Below are positions 36,101-48,499 of a DNA stretch of 64,000 bases, piece after piece. How positions within the stretch are numbered: position 1 is the stretch's first letter; the number at the start of each line of letters is the position of its first letter. This DNA is from Camelus dromedarius (taxonomy: Eukaryota). The position numbers and the translations under genes are program-made. The notes beneath the pieces are model-generated. The model was not told the origin of the DNA and ran no database searches. It was given only the letters and a program-made list of their open reading frames with translations. The stretch covers positions 27,342,001-27,406,000 of the forward strand of contig NC_087444.1 of NCBI RefSeq assembly GCF_036321535.1. Direction: 5' to 3'.

Positions 36101-38220
36101 CTTGCATATCACCAACCCGGCAAACGTCGTTGGCCAATAAGTAGATCTCGGGAGGGTGAGGGACACCTATGTATGTGCCTCTCTGGGCCAGAAGAACACG
36201 TTAATTTTCCCCAGGGTTCAAAGGGGAGAGTTGAGTTCAACAGTGATTTAGCTCAATGTGCCGAAGAGTTCACAACTACAGTGGGTGGTGAGCGTGCTCA
36301 CTGATAGCAATGTTTTTATGACTGAAAGGGAGCAAGGTCCAAGGTACTTTTAAGTTCTGTGGAAATCATCCATGGCTTATCTGGGAAGCTCTCTGAGTTT
36401 TGTGGCTCTGTAATCGTTGAAGGTTACATCACTTTAGGGTTGACATGGAGTCCTAGATCCTACTATATGTGCTATGTCCAGGAACTAGACTTTGTAAGCC
36501 AACAGAAAAATATTTTCTTTTCTCCCAAACCTTTGGCTGGATCTCCAGTGCAACAAACAACAAACCCCTCCTCAGCCAAGCATTCAAGACACATTTTAAT
36601 ATGTTTATAAACATGTTTTTCTAGGGAATTGTCTAACTTCAGGGGCCAGGAAGGACATTTTGCTGGAATTGAGGAAGATAGTGACACATTCTTTGAGAAG
36701 TGTGCCCAATTTAGTGATACGGCAAATGAGACTTAGCTTAAGAATGGGCAGGCAGGTCGGGGGAGAGAAGTGACCAGCTGGCTTTTCACCTGGAGACATA
36801 ACCCACACTCTCTTATTCTGGCTCTGTCTTGGATTTCTTTTTGCGTGTGATGAGATTTTAATTGGGTTCATGAAGGAAAGAGAGGAAAAAAAATCCCCCT
36901 CCAGCAGGATGCTCCACTGTAGAATTCCTACATAGTGGGTAAAATTCTGGGCAGAATTGTGTTTATTTCTTTGTTTTTCACCCAGTTCTTGATTTGATGG
37001 AGGAATGAATCCCTGGTCTGGACTCACATTCTGTCCTCCCCAGGGCCTCTCTTTCCAGGAAATGGAACTGTGGTATAGGGGAAAGAGTCTTGGGAATAGC
37101 ATTATGAAGTTGGGTTGCAAGTCCCAGTTGTGTGAGTAACTGTCAGACTTTGAGTCTTCCTCTTACTTGGGAAGGGGTGGGGTGAAGTTTAGGCATCACA
37201 GAAGGGATATGATGGTTACAGGATTCAGTCTGTGAAAACTCCCTACCCAGCATCTAGTGAATAAGAACTATTCAAGTTGTATTTAGTCGAACCAGAGCAG
37301 AGGAGTAACTCTGTGTTGGTGTTCTTATTGTTATTAAATGTCCTTTTGTCTGGGAGCTAGCGTTGACCAAATTCTGCTTTGTTTGTCTACCCAGACTCCT
37401 TGTGAATTGTCACGTATATATAATTATGACAAAGAAATCCCAATTCACAATAACTAGTATTTGTGCCCGAAATTCAATGCAGGAAAATGTGGTGAGGGGG
37501 AGTGTGCAGAAATCCATTTTACTATCATGGTTAGGCTCTAGGATGTTCCAGACTGATGTAACACGCCCACTAGTCCTAGGAGAACATAAACAGAGCAAGA
37601 GAAAAATCCACTTGCTCCAGCCTGCAGCTGAGCAGAAGTCCTGAGGCTGGGTGACGAGTGAGCAAGAAAGGGTATGCCGACCACCAGCCAGCTTCCAGGT
37701 GGGGGTTAGCCTGACCCTCCCAGGACAGAAGAAGAGAGAAAGAGAAGGAGAGACAGAGTGAAAATGAGAGGGGGCCGTGCATATAATGGGGCACTGAGTG
37801 CCCAGAGACCCTGACCACAAGCAAACAGATCTAAGTACTGGCTCAAGTTCTGGCAAATCCATAGCAAATCTTCCTCCTGGGGGAAAGGAACATTTCAAAG
37901 AGGAGGTTTAGAAGATCTTTACCTCCATCCTAATGGCCCTTCAGAGGCCACTCCTTGTAGATTTGATTTGATGTCTCTCAAGGGAAACGTAGCTTTTATC
38001 TTCATGAGAGAATTCTGTAACAGATGCCACTCACCGGGGTCAGAGTTTTCCCGCCAGGATAGAAGAGGGCCACGTTTTAGGCCTTCATGGAATTCCAAAC
38101 TCAGATTCCAAGAAGAAAATTACATTTGTCCATGTTATAAATAATAATGCATTTGGACCTGGCAACCACTAAGCACGGCTGTGGAAGATACATAATACAA
38201 TTAGCCCTTGCTGGGAGTTG

Positions 38221-38376
38221 NNNNNNNNNNNNNNNNNNNNNNNNNNNNNNNNNNNNNNNNNNNNNNNNNNNNNNNNNNNNNNNNNNNNNNNNNNNNNNNN
38301 NNNNNNNNNNNNNNNNNNNNNNNNNNNNNNNNNNNNNNNNNNNNNNNNNNNNNNNNNNNNNNNNNNNNNNNNNNNN
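38221..38376. other. Assembly gap (156 N)
   Basis: Run of N. Confidence 0.99.
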
Positions 38377-39069
38377 TTACATAAAATTATGTTAGTATTA
38401 TCTTCTTTGTTGTTGTTGTCTGCCTGTTTCATCTTTGTAGCCAAAGAGTTTATTAAAAGCAGTGACTGGCTTCCTTTCAGAAAGAAGTAGGTTTTTTTTT
38501 TTTTTTAATCATCTTCGAAGAGTATAATTATTTCTTTTTTGAAAGAAACTCTCCCGTCTTGGGTGGAGGGTCTGGTTTTTATGAGACAGTGTTGACTCTG
38601 AACTCCCCTGCCTTCTAGCTCCTCTCTATGGTCCACCTGAACTTCTAGGAATAGCAGTCACACTTCGGCAGTGGACGTGTGGAGGGGGTTGGTAGTACTG
38701 AGATGTGGGAGTGGGCATTTATTTGATTATTTTGAACAATTTGATACCTACAAACCAGAGGGGTAGTATGAGATATGAGAAAATAGAGGGGCAAGATTTG
38801 GGGATGAGTAATTTTTTTCAAATGCCCTTGTGACACCCAAGCATTCAGTGTGTTTACTGGTGGCTACTTAATAGATATTTGTCCTAGGCTGGGGATGGCA
38901 TATGTAGTCTCTGCCAAGGATCTTAGAACTTGGGGGAGCAAGCAAGGAGTGATGTAAAAATCAACGTGTGCCCCAGGCTCAGGTAGAAATTCTGAGGTCC
39001 ACTCTTCCGCACAGACACACAGAACCAACACACACTTGCTAACCACTGCCTTAGATCACACTTTATGAA

Positions 39070-39352
39070 AACCACGGTCCGTGGTCTGGTTCTAGTTACT
39101 GTCCGTGGTGAGAAAAGCACAGAAATGGAGAGTCTGCCTTTAGAAACGTTTACAGCAATTTAACGCTGTCATGTTATGCTTGTGGAATCAATGGTAATCA
39201 TAATACAAAACACTGGGCCTCATAGCTTGCATTTCATTGTTTTAGTTCTATCATTTGCTGGTTATGAATTTTTATTAATTGGAAATACAGTGAATTGGCA
39301 AAAAAGAAAAAGAAGGTTGCATTTTTCACTGGATGATTTGAGAAAGTGCAGG
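39070..39352 (+). mobile_element. hAT-Charlie MITE, Charlie4z-like
   Basis: GTCCGTGGTGAGAAAAGCACAGAAATGGGAGAGTCTGCCTTTAGAAACGTTTACAGCAATTTAAC and terminal TTTGAGAAAGTGCAG match recalled Charlie4-type ends. Confidence 0.55.
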
Positions 39353-39559
39353 TCTTAACAGATAGAACTTTTTTACATTCACAGAGACCATTACAAAAAT
39401 TAAAACACAGCAGAGCCTTAATAAATGTTGGTTAACTTAACATGAGCTTTGAACATGACTTATACATCTATGCTGACCCCCAGCTCCTGCTGTGGGCAGC
39501 AGGGAATAAGAAAAAACTAGGATTTAATGCAGTGTCCTGCATCCCAAGCACACTAGGGT

Positions 39560-39690
39560 GAGGTCTCACAAAAATACCTTGAAGCAGCATAATTAGAGCC
39601 ATTTTACAGAGAGGAAAACCAAGGACACACAAGTTGCACAGCTCAAAAGGGGTGGAGCCAGGCTTCGACCCAAAGAGCAGGTTCTTGCTT
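39560..39690 (-). mobile_element. MIR SINE
   Basis: GCCCATTTTACAGAGAGGAAAACCAAGG...GGAGCCAGGCTTCGACCCAAAG. Confidence 0.65.
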
Positions 39691-39934
39691 TTTCTTGACT
39701 TGCTTTGGCTTAGCGAGCCTTTCAGAGGCTGGATGTTGCATCCTCACCATGTCTGGGCGCAGTGGGAAGCGCCTGGCAGCCTCTCTCTCAGTCGTTCCCC
39801 TGGAAGCCCTCTGAACTTACTTAACTCCTTACAGATGAGGGATCTGAGTCACTGAGAGGTTAACTGATGGGAGGCAATATGGCCCAGCAGTGTAGAGTCA
39901 AACTGTGTTCATATCCAGCAAGTACAAGGGATGG

Positions 39935-40068
39935 CACGGCTGCTATGTACAGCTGGGCAGGCTGTGCACTGTACAACATCAAGGGCTGCCAATTACACCA
40001 TCATCTATGTAATGGAGCCCCCTGGAGTTGTGCAGTGCATAACCCGCATGGCTGGATCAATGGGACTG
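39935..40068. mobile_element. hAT MITE MER91(A)-like, palindromic
   Basis: GTACAGCTGGGCAGGCTGTGCACTGTACAAC...GTAATGGAGCCCCTGGAGTTGTGCAGTGCATAACC; the internal inverted repeat is visible. Confidence 0.8.
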
Positions 40069-40714
40069 GCTGAGAAAGGCAGCAGAGTCTGAAACCTGCT
40101 GTTCAAAATCGTCCCAGATGCACTTTTCAGAAAACACATCAAGCTCCGCCCTACTCTCTACAGAGAGAAAGCACACTCCCCTGGTGCCCCTATTGTCCTG
40201 CCCCTGGTGCAGGTCACTGCTCAGAAACAAAGCAAGATGAGCTTGTGATACACCCTTTGTTGGCCCTTTAATCTCTGGCTCGCTGTGCTTTTATGAAATG
40301 TGGAAGTAGATTATGGGCTGTGAAACACTATAGAACTCCGTTAGGTAATGCTTAAAACATAGCCAGTGCTGCCAGTGATAATAAAGGAAGAATGAGGTCA
40401 TAGGAAAACCCACTCACGTTTCAGCTACCCGTTGTTTCGGAAGATCCAGATTCCCCGAGAAGGGCACAAAACAAGCATTTGTTCATGTTGATACCTCCCT
40501 TAGTAGACTTGGCATGGAGTCGGCATTCAATAAATGCTGACAAATGAAGGAGGGGACCAAGAAATGAAGGGAAGTTTAAGTGATTAAGTGTACAACGTTG
40601 CAGGAGTGGCAGAAATGGGGAACTTGCCACCCGGCTGTCATCTCTTGGGAAAGGTGCATTGGTGTAGATTATACAACGGTACCTCCTTGGGTGTAAGTTA
40701 GTAGTCATGGAAAC

Positions 40715-40900
40715 CACGGTTTACTGAGCCCCACCTGTACAGCATCACTGTGTCAGGGCTTTGTCCACATGCTAGCTCGTTTAATCCCTCGTCAGCCTCA
40801 CGGTGTTATCACTCTGATCTCCATCTTACAGGTTGACACTTGTAAGTGGCAACAGAGGATTTAAACACAGTCCCACATGACTCTGGAACCTACACTTTTC
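40715..40900 (-). mobile_element. MIR SINE
   Basis: GGTTTACTGAGCCCCACCTGTAC...GCTCGTTTAATCCCTCG...CTCCATCTTACAGG...GGATTTAAACAC. Confidence 0.6.
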
Positions 40901-42655
40901 TGTCTTAGTTGTTAAGCCATGCAAAACTACCCCAAACTTACATGGAGATAAACTTCCTTTCTGAAATCATGGGCTTTTCAAGGTGTTGGGTTTTTTTCCC
41001 CACTGTGTCTGTTGTTAGGTCCTTGCCTTTCCTGGTAAACTCTTTCTTCTCCATGGATCTGGGAGAGTCTTGGCTCCAGGAGTGGGATGTGAGGCAGAAC
41101 CATGGCTTCTGTTAAGCGGCCGGCTCAGCTCTAGGTTCTGTTCCAGCATGCAGGTACCGCTGCTGCCGGTAACAGCCTGATTCTCAGATACCGAGAGGAG
41201 TTGGTGCTGAGAAGGGCTCTTGATGTATCAACACGCCCAAGTCAGAAGATTCTAATGAGAACTTTTAAAAGAAGGAAGGAGAGGGAGGGGGAGAAAGGAT
41301 AGTAAGAAAGGCGGTAAGAGGAATTCTTCCTGGGTTGATCATTGACTTATTGGACTCATCTTTTCCTCCAGTGAGTGCTGGTAGAGAACTCTGGGGGTGA
41401 TTAGGATTCAAGGTAAGAAAAAAAGGAAAAAACATCACTTCCTTGTCCTGTCATTTGATGTGTTTGGATCCCGAGGTGGGGCTGCAGACTGCGGTCTGTG
41501 TCTTGTGGCTGTTCTTAGTTTTACTTCAAACCCCTGCAGGTCTGAGGAACGGGCCTGGAGAGGGATGTGGTTGTGGGAAGGAGGGGGGCAGGGCGTGTGG
41601 GTCAAGAAGGAAGAGGAGACTCGCCAAGTGTCAACATCGTTCAGTCGTTCAACCTGTCAGCTCTTCTGCCAAGACCTGGAGCTTTCCCTGTGGCCCACAT
41701 GTCACCTCGGATCTGACTTTATGTTTCCAGGGCATGGCTTGGTAGCCCCTTCCCCCTGTCTCCTGCTTACATGCTGACCCAACGTCCCTTCCCGCCACTG
41801 CTCGGGTGGGGTGAGGGCTGACCCCCTGGGCTCTGAGGCCTCACATCATGTCGGGGGTGGCAGGACCTTCCCTGGGTGCTCCTCCCCACCCCCCGTGCTG
41901 CTGAAGTAGGCAAGGCCTGGGCCCAGTGTGTCTTCAGTGGTGTTTGTTTGCTCAGATGCTTTTGGGATTTGAGGAGAAGCGACAGAACATGGCCAAGCAT
42001 GGCGAGCGGGCCTCTTGGCCGCCACCGCCACAGAGGGCCAGGCAGACCTCAGGGGTCCCCGCTTGCTGGGCTCCTTACTGGTCAGGGACTTGAACCTGCC
42101 TGTCCTTATATCCTCAGGCTGCATTTTGAAGATGTATCTGGGAGCTCTGTAATGCTTAGCCACGTGGCAATACCCTCTGGTGTTTTAGTCCTAAGTTATC
42201 CTTGAAGACTCAGAGCAGGATGTCCATGTGCTCTGTACTTCTGGCCCACGTCATGGTTGGAATCTGCTGGTTTCACAGCCAGCTAATGGCTCTTGCAAAG
42301 CCCATCACTGTCCCTTGTTTGGTGGGTGGATGATGAGCAGATTACCTTTAGAATCATCCATTTTTCCTTCAGTGATTTGGGGCAAAAAGAACAAAAATCC
42401 ATGTTTGTTTGGGGTGAAATTCTGCCTACGAATAACCCATGATGTCTGGGGCCTCCTTCTGTCTTGGATTTAACCCTCGGGAAACTTTCTGAATAAACCT
42501 TCTGGTTATTTTTTGTACAGGGGCTAAGGCAGCTAAGTGTTTACATGCTGATTGGAAAGTTTAAAACTTACACAGGATCTGGTTCACAGGACTTTAGGGT
42601 CATGTTCTTTGCTCCTTTGATTTGGTGATCTTTTTCCTAAGCACGCCTGGGTGTG

Positions 42656-43160
42656 TGTGGTTGGGTAGATTAAAGGTGACTGTAGTTTTTGCTGTTCCTC
42701 TCATGAAGAGGCAGGATCTTATCCCCTCCTCTTGAATCTGAGTGGCCTTGGTGACCTACTTACCAAATAAAAGGTGACAGAAGTGATGTTCAGGGACATA
42801 AAGTCCCAAGGCCGGGTCATAAAGTCTTGCAGCTTTAGCCCAGACCTTTTAGAACACGTGCTCTAGGGAGGCTCCCTCTGGGAACCCAGATGCTCAGCCA
42901 CATGCAGGTGGTCTGTTTAACAGCCCCAGATGAACTCCAGGTCAGCAGCCAGCATCCTTCCCAGTCCAGGCTCCAGGCTTGTGAGTGAAGGTACCACCTT
43001 GGAAGTGACCTCTAGCTCTGGTTGCCTGCTACTTATCACTCTAGATAGCAGATGAACCACCCAGCTAAACCCATCCCAAATTTCATACCTGAAAAACTGT
43101 AAACTAAAATGGACTTTTACTGTGGGGAGAGTGAGGTAACATGAGATTGCTATGCATACA
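42656..43160 (+). mobile_element. MaLR solo LTR MLT1F/G-like
   Basis: CCTCTCATGAAGAGGCAGGATCTTATCCCCTCCTCTTGAATCTGAGTGGCCTTGGTGAC...GATGAACCACCCAGCTAAACCCATCCCAAATTTC. Confidence 0.75.
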
Positions 43161-44218
43161 AGAGGTGCTTTGTGTGTATCAGCTGTGAATGAATAGCTCC
43201 GATTCATTGCACCCTCTTGATGACAGCTCCCTCTTGGATAGGTGACATTCATAACCAACACTTATAGAACTCTTTGGAGATTATAAAGACATTTTTCAGA
43301 CCACTTAATTTCAAACACTCTGTGACTTTTTTAAAATATCGTAACTGTTACTAGTGTTACATTATTATACTAATTTGACAAGTAGGAAAATGGGTTTTTC
43401 TGTCCCATCTTAGAGAGGCAAACAGACCCATCCAGGCTGAATGTCTCATCACTGGTAACAGTTGTCATGACTTTAGGGAGACAGAGGATGATCTCACCAT
43501 GCAAACTCAGCCCTAGCTCTGGGAGGTCTGTGCAGGGTGTTATGATCAGGAACATGGGAGAGACAGGTTGTTAGGCAGGACTTGTAATTGAAGGCGGAGG
43601 GCCTGTGGGGTTTGGCACACTCTCTTCATCTTGCTTTCCCACTGTAAAATGAATTGTGCAGAAAACCGAAAGTGTCTTTAGGTGTGCTCTGTCTCCTCCT
43701 CTAATTTTGGAATTTGATGCCATTGACTTCTCATTAACACTCGTTGTAGAACTACCCCTGGCTGTCTGTGAAGAAAGGTCTATCAAAGTTCTAAACTGTT
43801 ATCTTGAGGAGGTCAGGGAGAAGAAAAACAGCATCTTATCAGCTGGGAGCCAAGTTAATGTTTCTCCATTTATTTTAGCCCTTAGATGGGGTATCAGAGG
43901 GATTCAGGGGTATGTGAGTCATAAGACCTTAGGACACAGCACTGACATGTCACAGAGGAGCCCTGACTTTGTTTTGGGGCTAAAGAGACCTCTGCTTCGG
44001 GAATAATTTCAAAGGAAGAATCAGTTATGGGTCTTTGTACAGGGATTGTAAAGAGTTGGAACACGTCATAAGCTCATCATGAAATGAAATACAGATGCTA
44101 ACATCCTGTGTGAGCCCACTGTGGTCTGGGCATGGGTCAGGAGATTTGCATACATAATATTACTTAATCCTTCCACAAAGCTGTGAGGAAAGGAGAGGAA
44201 ACCAAATGCAAAACTTGA

Positions 44219-44305
44219 TATGTGTGTGTGTGTGTGTGTGTATGTATCTGTGTGTGTGTATATATATATATGTATGTATATGCACATATATAATATATAT
44301 GTATT
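44219..44305. repeat. Compound (TG)n/(TA)n microsatellite between two MIRs
   Basis: TGTGTGTGTGTGTGTGTGTGTATGTATCTGTGTGTGTGTATATATATATATG... is directly visible. MIR-like flanks lie at about 44030-44200 (minus) and 44310-44470 (plus). Confidence 0.9.
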
Positions 44306-44478
44306 CTTAACATGGACTCTGGAGTCACCTTGATTTTGGGTCAAATCATGGTTCTATGATCAATAGGTGACTGAAGTCAAGTAAACTAAGTTCTCGAAAC
44401 CTCGGTTTCCCCACCTGTAATTAGAGGTGATGCAACTGGAATGGTTGGCCTAAAGTCTGCCATATGTTAAGAGGTCAG

Positions 44479-44636
44479 NNNNNNNNNNNNNNNNNNNNNN
44501 NNNNNNNNNNNNNNNNNNNNNNNNNNNNNNNNNNNNNNNNNNNNNNNNNNNNNNNNNNNNNNNNNNNNNNNNNNNNNNNNNNNNNNNNNNNNNNNNNNNN
44601 NNNNNNNNNNNNNNNNNNNNNNNNNNNNNNNNNNNN
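44479..44636. other. Assembly gap (158 N)
   Basis: Run of N. Confidence 0.99.
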
Positions 44637-45214
44637 TCACCACAAGTCTCGATTATCCCCATTTTCTAGAAGATTAGTGAGCTGAGGCTCAGTGTACTTT
44701 GGTTTGGCAAATGTTTTTAAGTTGTGCTAGTACCCTGCTGTCTATCAGTGTTTCTCATAAAGAGCAAGTTAATCCCTTTAATTATCTGAAGGAGAATGTC
44801 ACCATTTGGTGCTAATAGGACTTTAATGCCTCTCTAACACTTGTTCACAGAGAGAAAGCAGGCCTTAGGATCAGAACTCTAGATAGGAAATGTTATATAA
44901 CTAGAATTTAACAGTATGAGTTTTATTATAATTTCTTCACATGTCCCTTTTATTCCTAGCAGAGTAATAGTTGTACACTTAAAGTGGTGATTAAAGTTTC
45001 TGATACAATACAATTAAGGGAAAGGATAAAATAGTGAGCATATTAAAGGTACGTAACAAATAGTACAGAGTGTAAAAGGATATGACAAAAATGGTGATGG
45101 TGGTACACGAGTATTTGTAGACTGGAGTGTTGCCTCCACAAAAAATGAATCTTGGCTCCAGGCTCAGAATGGTAGTGCTTTTCTATCTATTTATGCTCCT
45201 CCTGAAAAGCGTAC

Positions 45215-45575
45215 TGTGGTGTCAGAACTGTCAAGGAGGACCCAATAAACATGCAGATTCCTGGCCCTGACCCAGTGGGTATCTTGGAACCAGCTCTTAC
45301 CAGCTCACAAGAGCTGATTGGGTACATGTCTTCCCAACTCTGTGTTAAGTAATATTGCATTGGTAACTGAAATTGGCCATGGTGAGAATAATTACACCAG
45401 AAAATCAGCCAATACTACAAATCAGAACTTCTTTTTTTTTTCTTAAGAGAGAGAGCTGGTTGCAAACTTAACAGCACATCAACTGCCCCTACCCCAAACC
45501 TACTGAATCAGGAACTTGAGGAGAAGGGCCCCAAACACCCAGGCTTATTAAGTTGCCACCCAGGTGATTCCGTTG
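45215..45575. mobile_element. MER5-type MITE split by MER63A (parts about 45215-45271 and 45486-45575)
   Basis: ATGCAGATTCCTGGCCCTGAC | insertion | CCCTACCCCAAACCTACTGAATCAGGAAC...CCCAGGTGATTCC re-forms the MER5 core. Confidence 0.65.
45272..45485 (+). mobile_element. hAT-Blackjack MER63A
   Basis: CCAGTGGGTATCTTGGAACCAGCTCTTACCAGCTCACAAGAGCTGATTG...GAAATTGGCCATGGTGAGAATAATTACACC...GAGAGCTGGTTGCAAACTTAACAGCACATCAACTG. Confidence 0.82.
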
Positions 45576-46729
45576 CTCTGTCTGCATTTTGTACCCACCG
45601 CCTGAGAGCGTCAGAAACTCCCCGGACCTGCAGCTTTTGCTTTCTCTAAGCTACTCTCCCTGCTCCACCCCTACGGCCCACATCCTCTGTGCCCAAGAAG
45701 GTTCAGCCCTCGGGAGGGAAAATGCTGCGGAGGCTTCCCTACCTGATGAAGCAGAAAGACACCGGGCAGGGATGGAGAAAGCGCTCATTTAAACACAAAT
45801 AGCTGAAATAATTGCTGAGCAAATCTAGAAAATGACTGGCTAAGTAAATTGCTTTTCTGTGTAAAGTTTCTGTGAGTTTGCCCCTGGTGCTGGGGGTGAG
45901 GGGAGAAAGGGACTCCTTGAGAAGCTCAGGCTGACAGGTTGAATCCCGGGCTGTTCCTCCCCAGAGTTACACAGGCATTTCCTACTGCTTCGGGTCACGG
46001 CTGCCTCTGCCTGCAGGGCCTCTGAGCTTCCCTGGGAGGCCCCGAAAGGATGGGTGGGATTACCCCCAGGCGCAGCAGTGTGGTTTGGAGCAGGTGCTGT
46101 TGGCTTCCCCAAGTCACGGAATTCAGGTCAGCACACAGCCTGTGAATGGTGAGCTGACTTTCTTGCAGATAGAAGGCTTAGGGAGATCTCTGCCCACTAT
46201 TGGGCATCCCACACGGGGTGTTGATTGTCCTACGGTGATTTTATTTAGAACAAAATCACAGTAATTTAGCACAGAAGGAGCACCAGAGGTACGGTTTCAA
46301 GCCTGTTTTTCTGCATTAACTTATTAAAAAATGTCGCCCACCTCCATGTGGTACATATTCTTATTCTCCACTGGGAGTAGAGTTAAGGCCTTGGCCAAAA
46401 GCCACAGAGCTGGGATTCCAGCGGGGCCCGTCAGTCCCTGGGCGCCCAACTCTTACCCACGCGAGGTGAAGCTGCCTCTCACATTGGGCATCCCCGTTCC
46501 CTCTTGAAAATCCTATGAAGTGGGTAATGATTGTGATTGAGCTGCCAAGGACAGTAAAACTCAAAGAAGTGAAGAAACTTGCCCAAGGTCGTATGGGAAG
46601 TGAAAGAAGGAGCTGGCAGGAAATGAAGTCCTGAAACAGAAGCAGGAATGTCAGGATGGGACAATTGTGCACGTGGAGCTGCTGCCCGGCACACCCACAC
46701 GGGATGCCTCTGTCTTCGGGATCACAAAG

Positions 46730-46910
46730 CTTGGGACCAGGAGTGAGGGCTTGGGGTCCCAGCTCAAGTAGCTGCCCTTTCTGTCAAGTTCTAGATCGTT
46801 GACCCTGGCAAGTCACTCAGCCTAAGACTTTGTCTCCCCTCTTGTAAAGTGATCATGATGACAGTAGCCCAAGGCAGCATCGTGAGCATTTAATAAACTC
46901 GTACGGACTC
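46730..46910 (+). mobile_element. MIR SINE (a second MIR lies in minus orientation at about 46480-46640)
   Basis: GACCCTGGCAAGTCACTCAGCCTAAGACTTTGTCTCCCCTCTTGTAAAGTG. Confidence 0.6.
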
Positions 46911-47559
46911 CTAGCAAAATTCCTGACAAAGCAGGGAAAAAAAGTGTTGCTATTGTTATTATTTCAGCCTAAAGCTGGACGTTCCTGTGAGTTTGTTATC
47001 ACGCTGATTTACAGGAAAATCCTGCAAAGACTGGGGCCTGTCTGTTCCTACGCTGAGTCCTCAAATCAAGCCTTAAATCCAGTCAGGGATTTCTTCCTGG
47101 CTGGCTTCCCACAAACATTAACCTGAGAGGGAGAGCGGGTGACTGACACGAGGTCGGGATGTCCTGGCCCTCCAGAGAGGCTGGACCCTGGTGAAGTTCT
47201 GGCCAGGCCCCCTGGGCTGGGGGAAGGGACATGTTGCCTTGGTTTCTTCTCCCCGAGGAACTCACTCATTTGTCACCACCTGGTCTGACCTTGGGGTTGA
47301 CCCACTTGCCCTGCACACAGTGGCAGTCTCGATGTGGAGCCAGCTGGGGAGGAATTTGATCTCAGAGTGGTCCTCTCAGACCAAGAGTAAACTCCCCTTT
47401 CCTGTCTGTCGGTCAGAATGAAGGCAGCCTTGTCTCCCGCCGGACGACGTAGACATATTGGTTTCAATATTTGATCCCAGAATGTCAGCAGTGGCCCAGA
47501 TGTACTGCAGGAAGCTGCCTGGGGCTTCTTTTCATTCTTATTTATGCTGTAAAATGCTT

Positions 47560-47720
47560 TCAAATACTGTAAGTACAGTACTTGGTGATTGAAGACAATT
47601 TAGAAAATATAATAAGCTAAAGTAAGAAAAAATGTTTAAACCACGAATCCTACCTTCCATAAATATAAGGTGAAGCTTGATATTCTTAATCCAATTCCAA
47701 TTTTCTTATAAAGTAATGGA
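47560..47720 (-). mobile_element. L1ME-type 3' fragment
   Basis: GAAGACAATTTAGAAAATATAATAAGCTAAAGTAAGAAAAAATG...AATCCTACC. Confidence 0.5.
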
Positions 47721-48499
47721 ACATAACTGCTTATAAAGTAATAGAATAAATAAATATTAAGTGCTAAGTGGTTAAAGTCTGGATTTTGTTGCTTCAAAAA
47801 TTTCATGTGGATAAAGTTTTGGACCTTTGCCTTGAATTTTGAAAGGGAAAGAGCTGTTCCTGACCTCTTCTGGGTGAAGGTTTCAGAAGACATGGAATAT
47901 TCGTGGCCTTTACCCTCCTGTGGTACCCCCAGGGATGTCATATTCTAGAGTCTGAGAGGAAGGGATAAGGAGCGTTGATAAGGTAGACTGAGTGGCTTCC
48001 TGGGAATTAACGATGAGGACAAGGGTGGACTTGGGCAGAGGAGAAGGCTCTTGCCCATTCACAAGCCCATTCCTTGGGCTTCTTGGTCTGCACAGAGGGA
48101 GGAGGAAAGAGAACGGGAAAGCAAGAGCTGCCTCCTGGTCATCAAGCTGTCAAGGGAGGGGAGAACCTGGCCCACCAGCCACCCATTGGCAACACCTTGG
48201 TAGACTCATCATGATTCAAGGTCTAGTCCTTGTCTTTGAAAGCCCAGAATGATCACTGCCTTGCAGATGGAAAGGTCCTGTTGGCTCTGCCGGCCACTGA
48301 AGGGTTGCAGGAGAAGCCAAGTTATAATCAGGAGATTGCTTGTTGAGTATGCGGTGAGGACAGAGGGGCCCAGTGATGGAAGCAGCCAGGGCCTTCGAGC
48401 TCCACCTCCCGTCTCTGCCAGGAAGGGAGGGTGGCCGGAAAGTCTGGATATTGCAGACAACCTGGGGTTAGACATGTTCTTTCCTGTCTTCTTTGTTAC

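Noticed and set aside
36605-37120. 171-aa minus ORF and a possible plus exon at 36643-36755
   Set aside because: No recognisable protein, non-ATG start, and a weak donor (gtcggg).
39071-39085. Palindrome ACCACGGTCCGTGGT
   Set aside because: It is part of the Charlie4-type MITE terminus.
41575-41601. Canonical G4 motif (another at 63221-63252)
   Set aside because: Such motifs are abundant in mammalian genomes and nothing else marks these sites.
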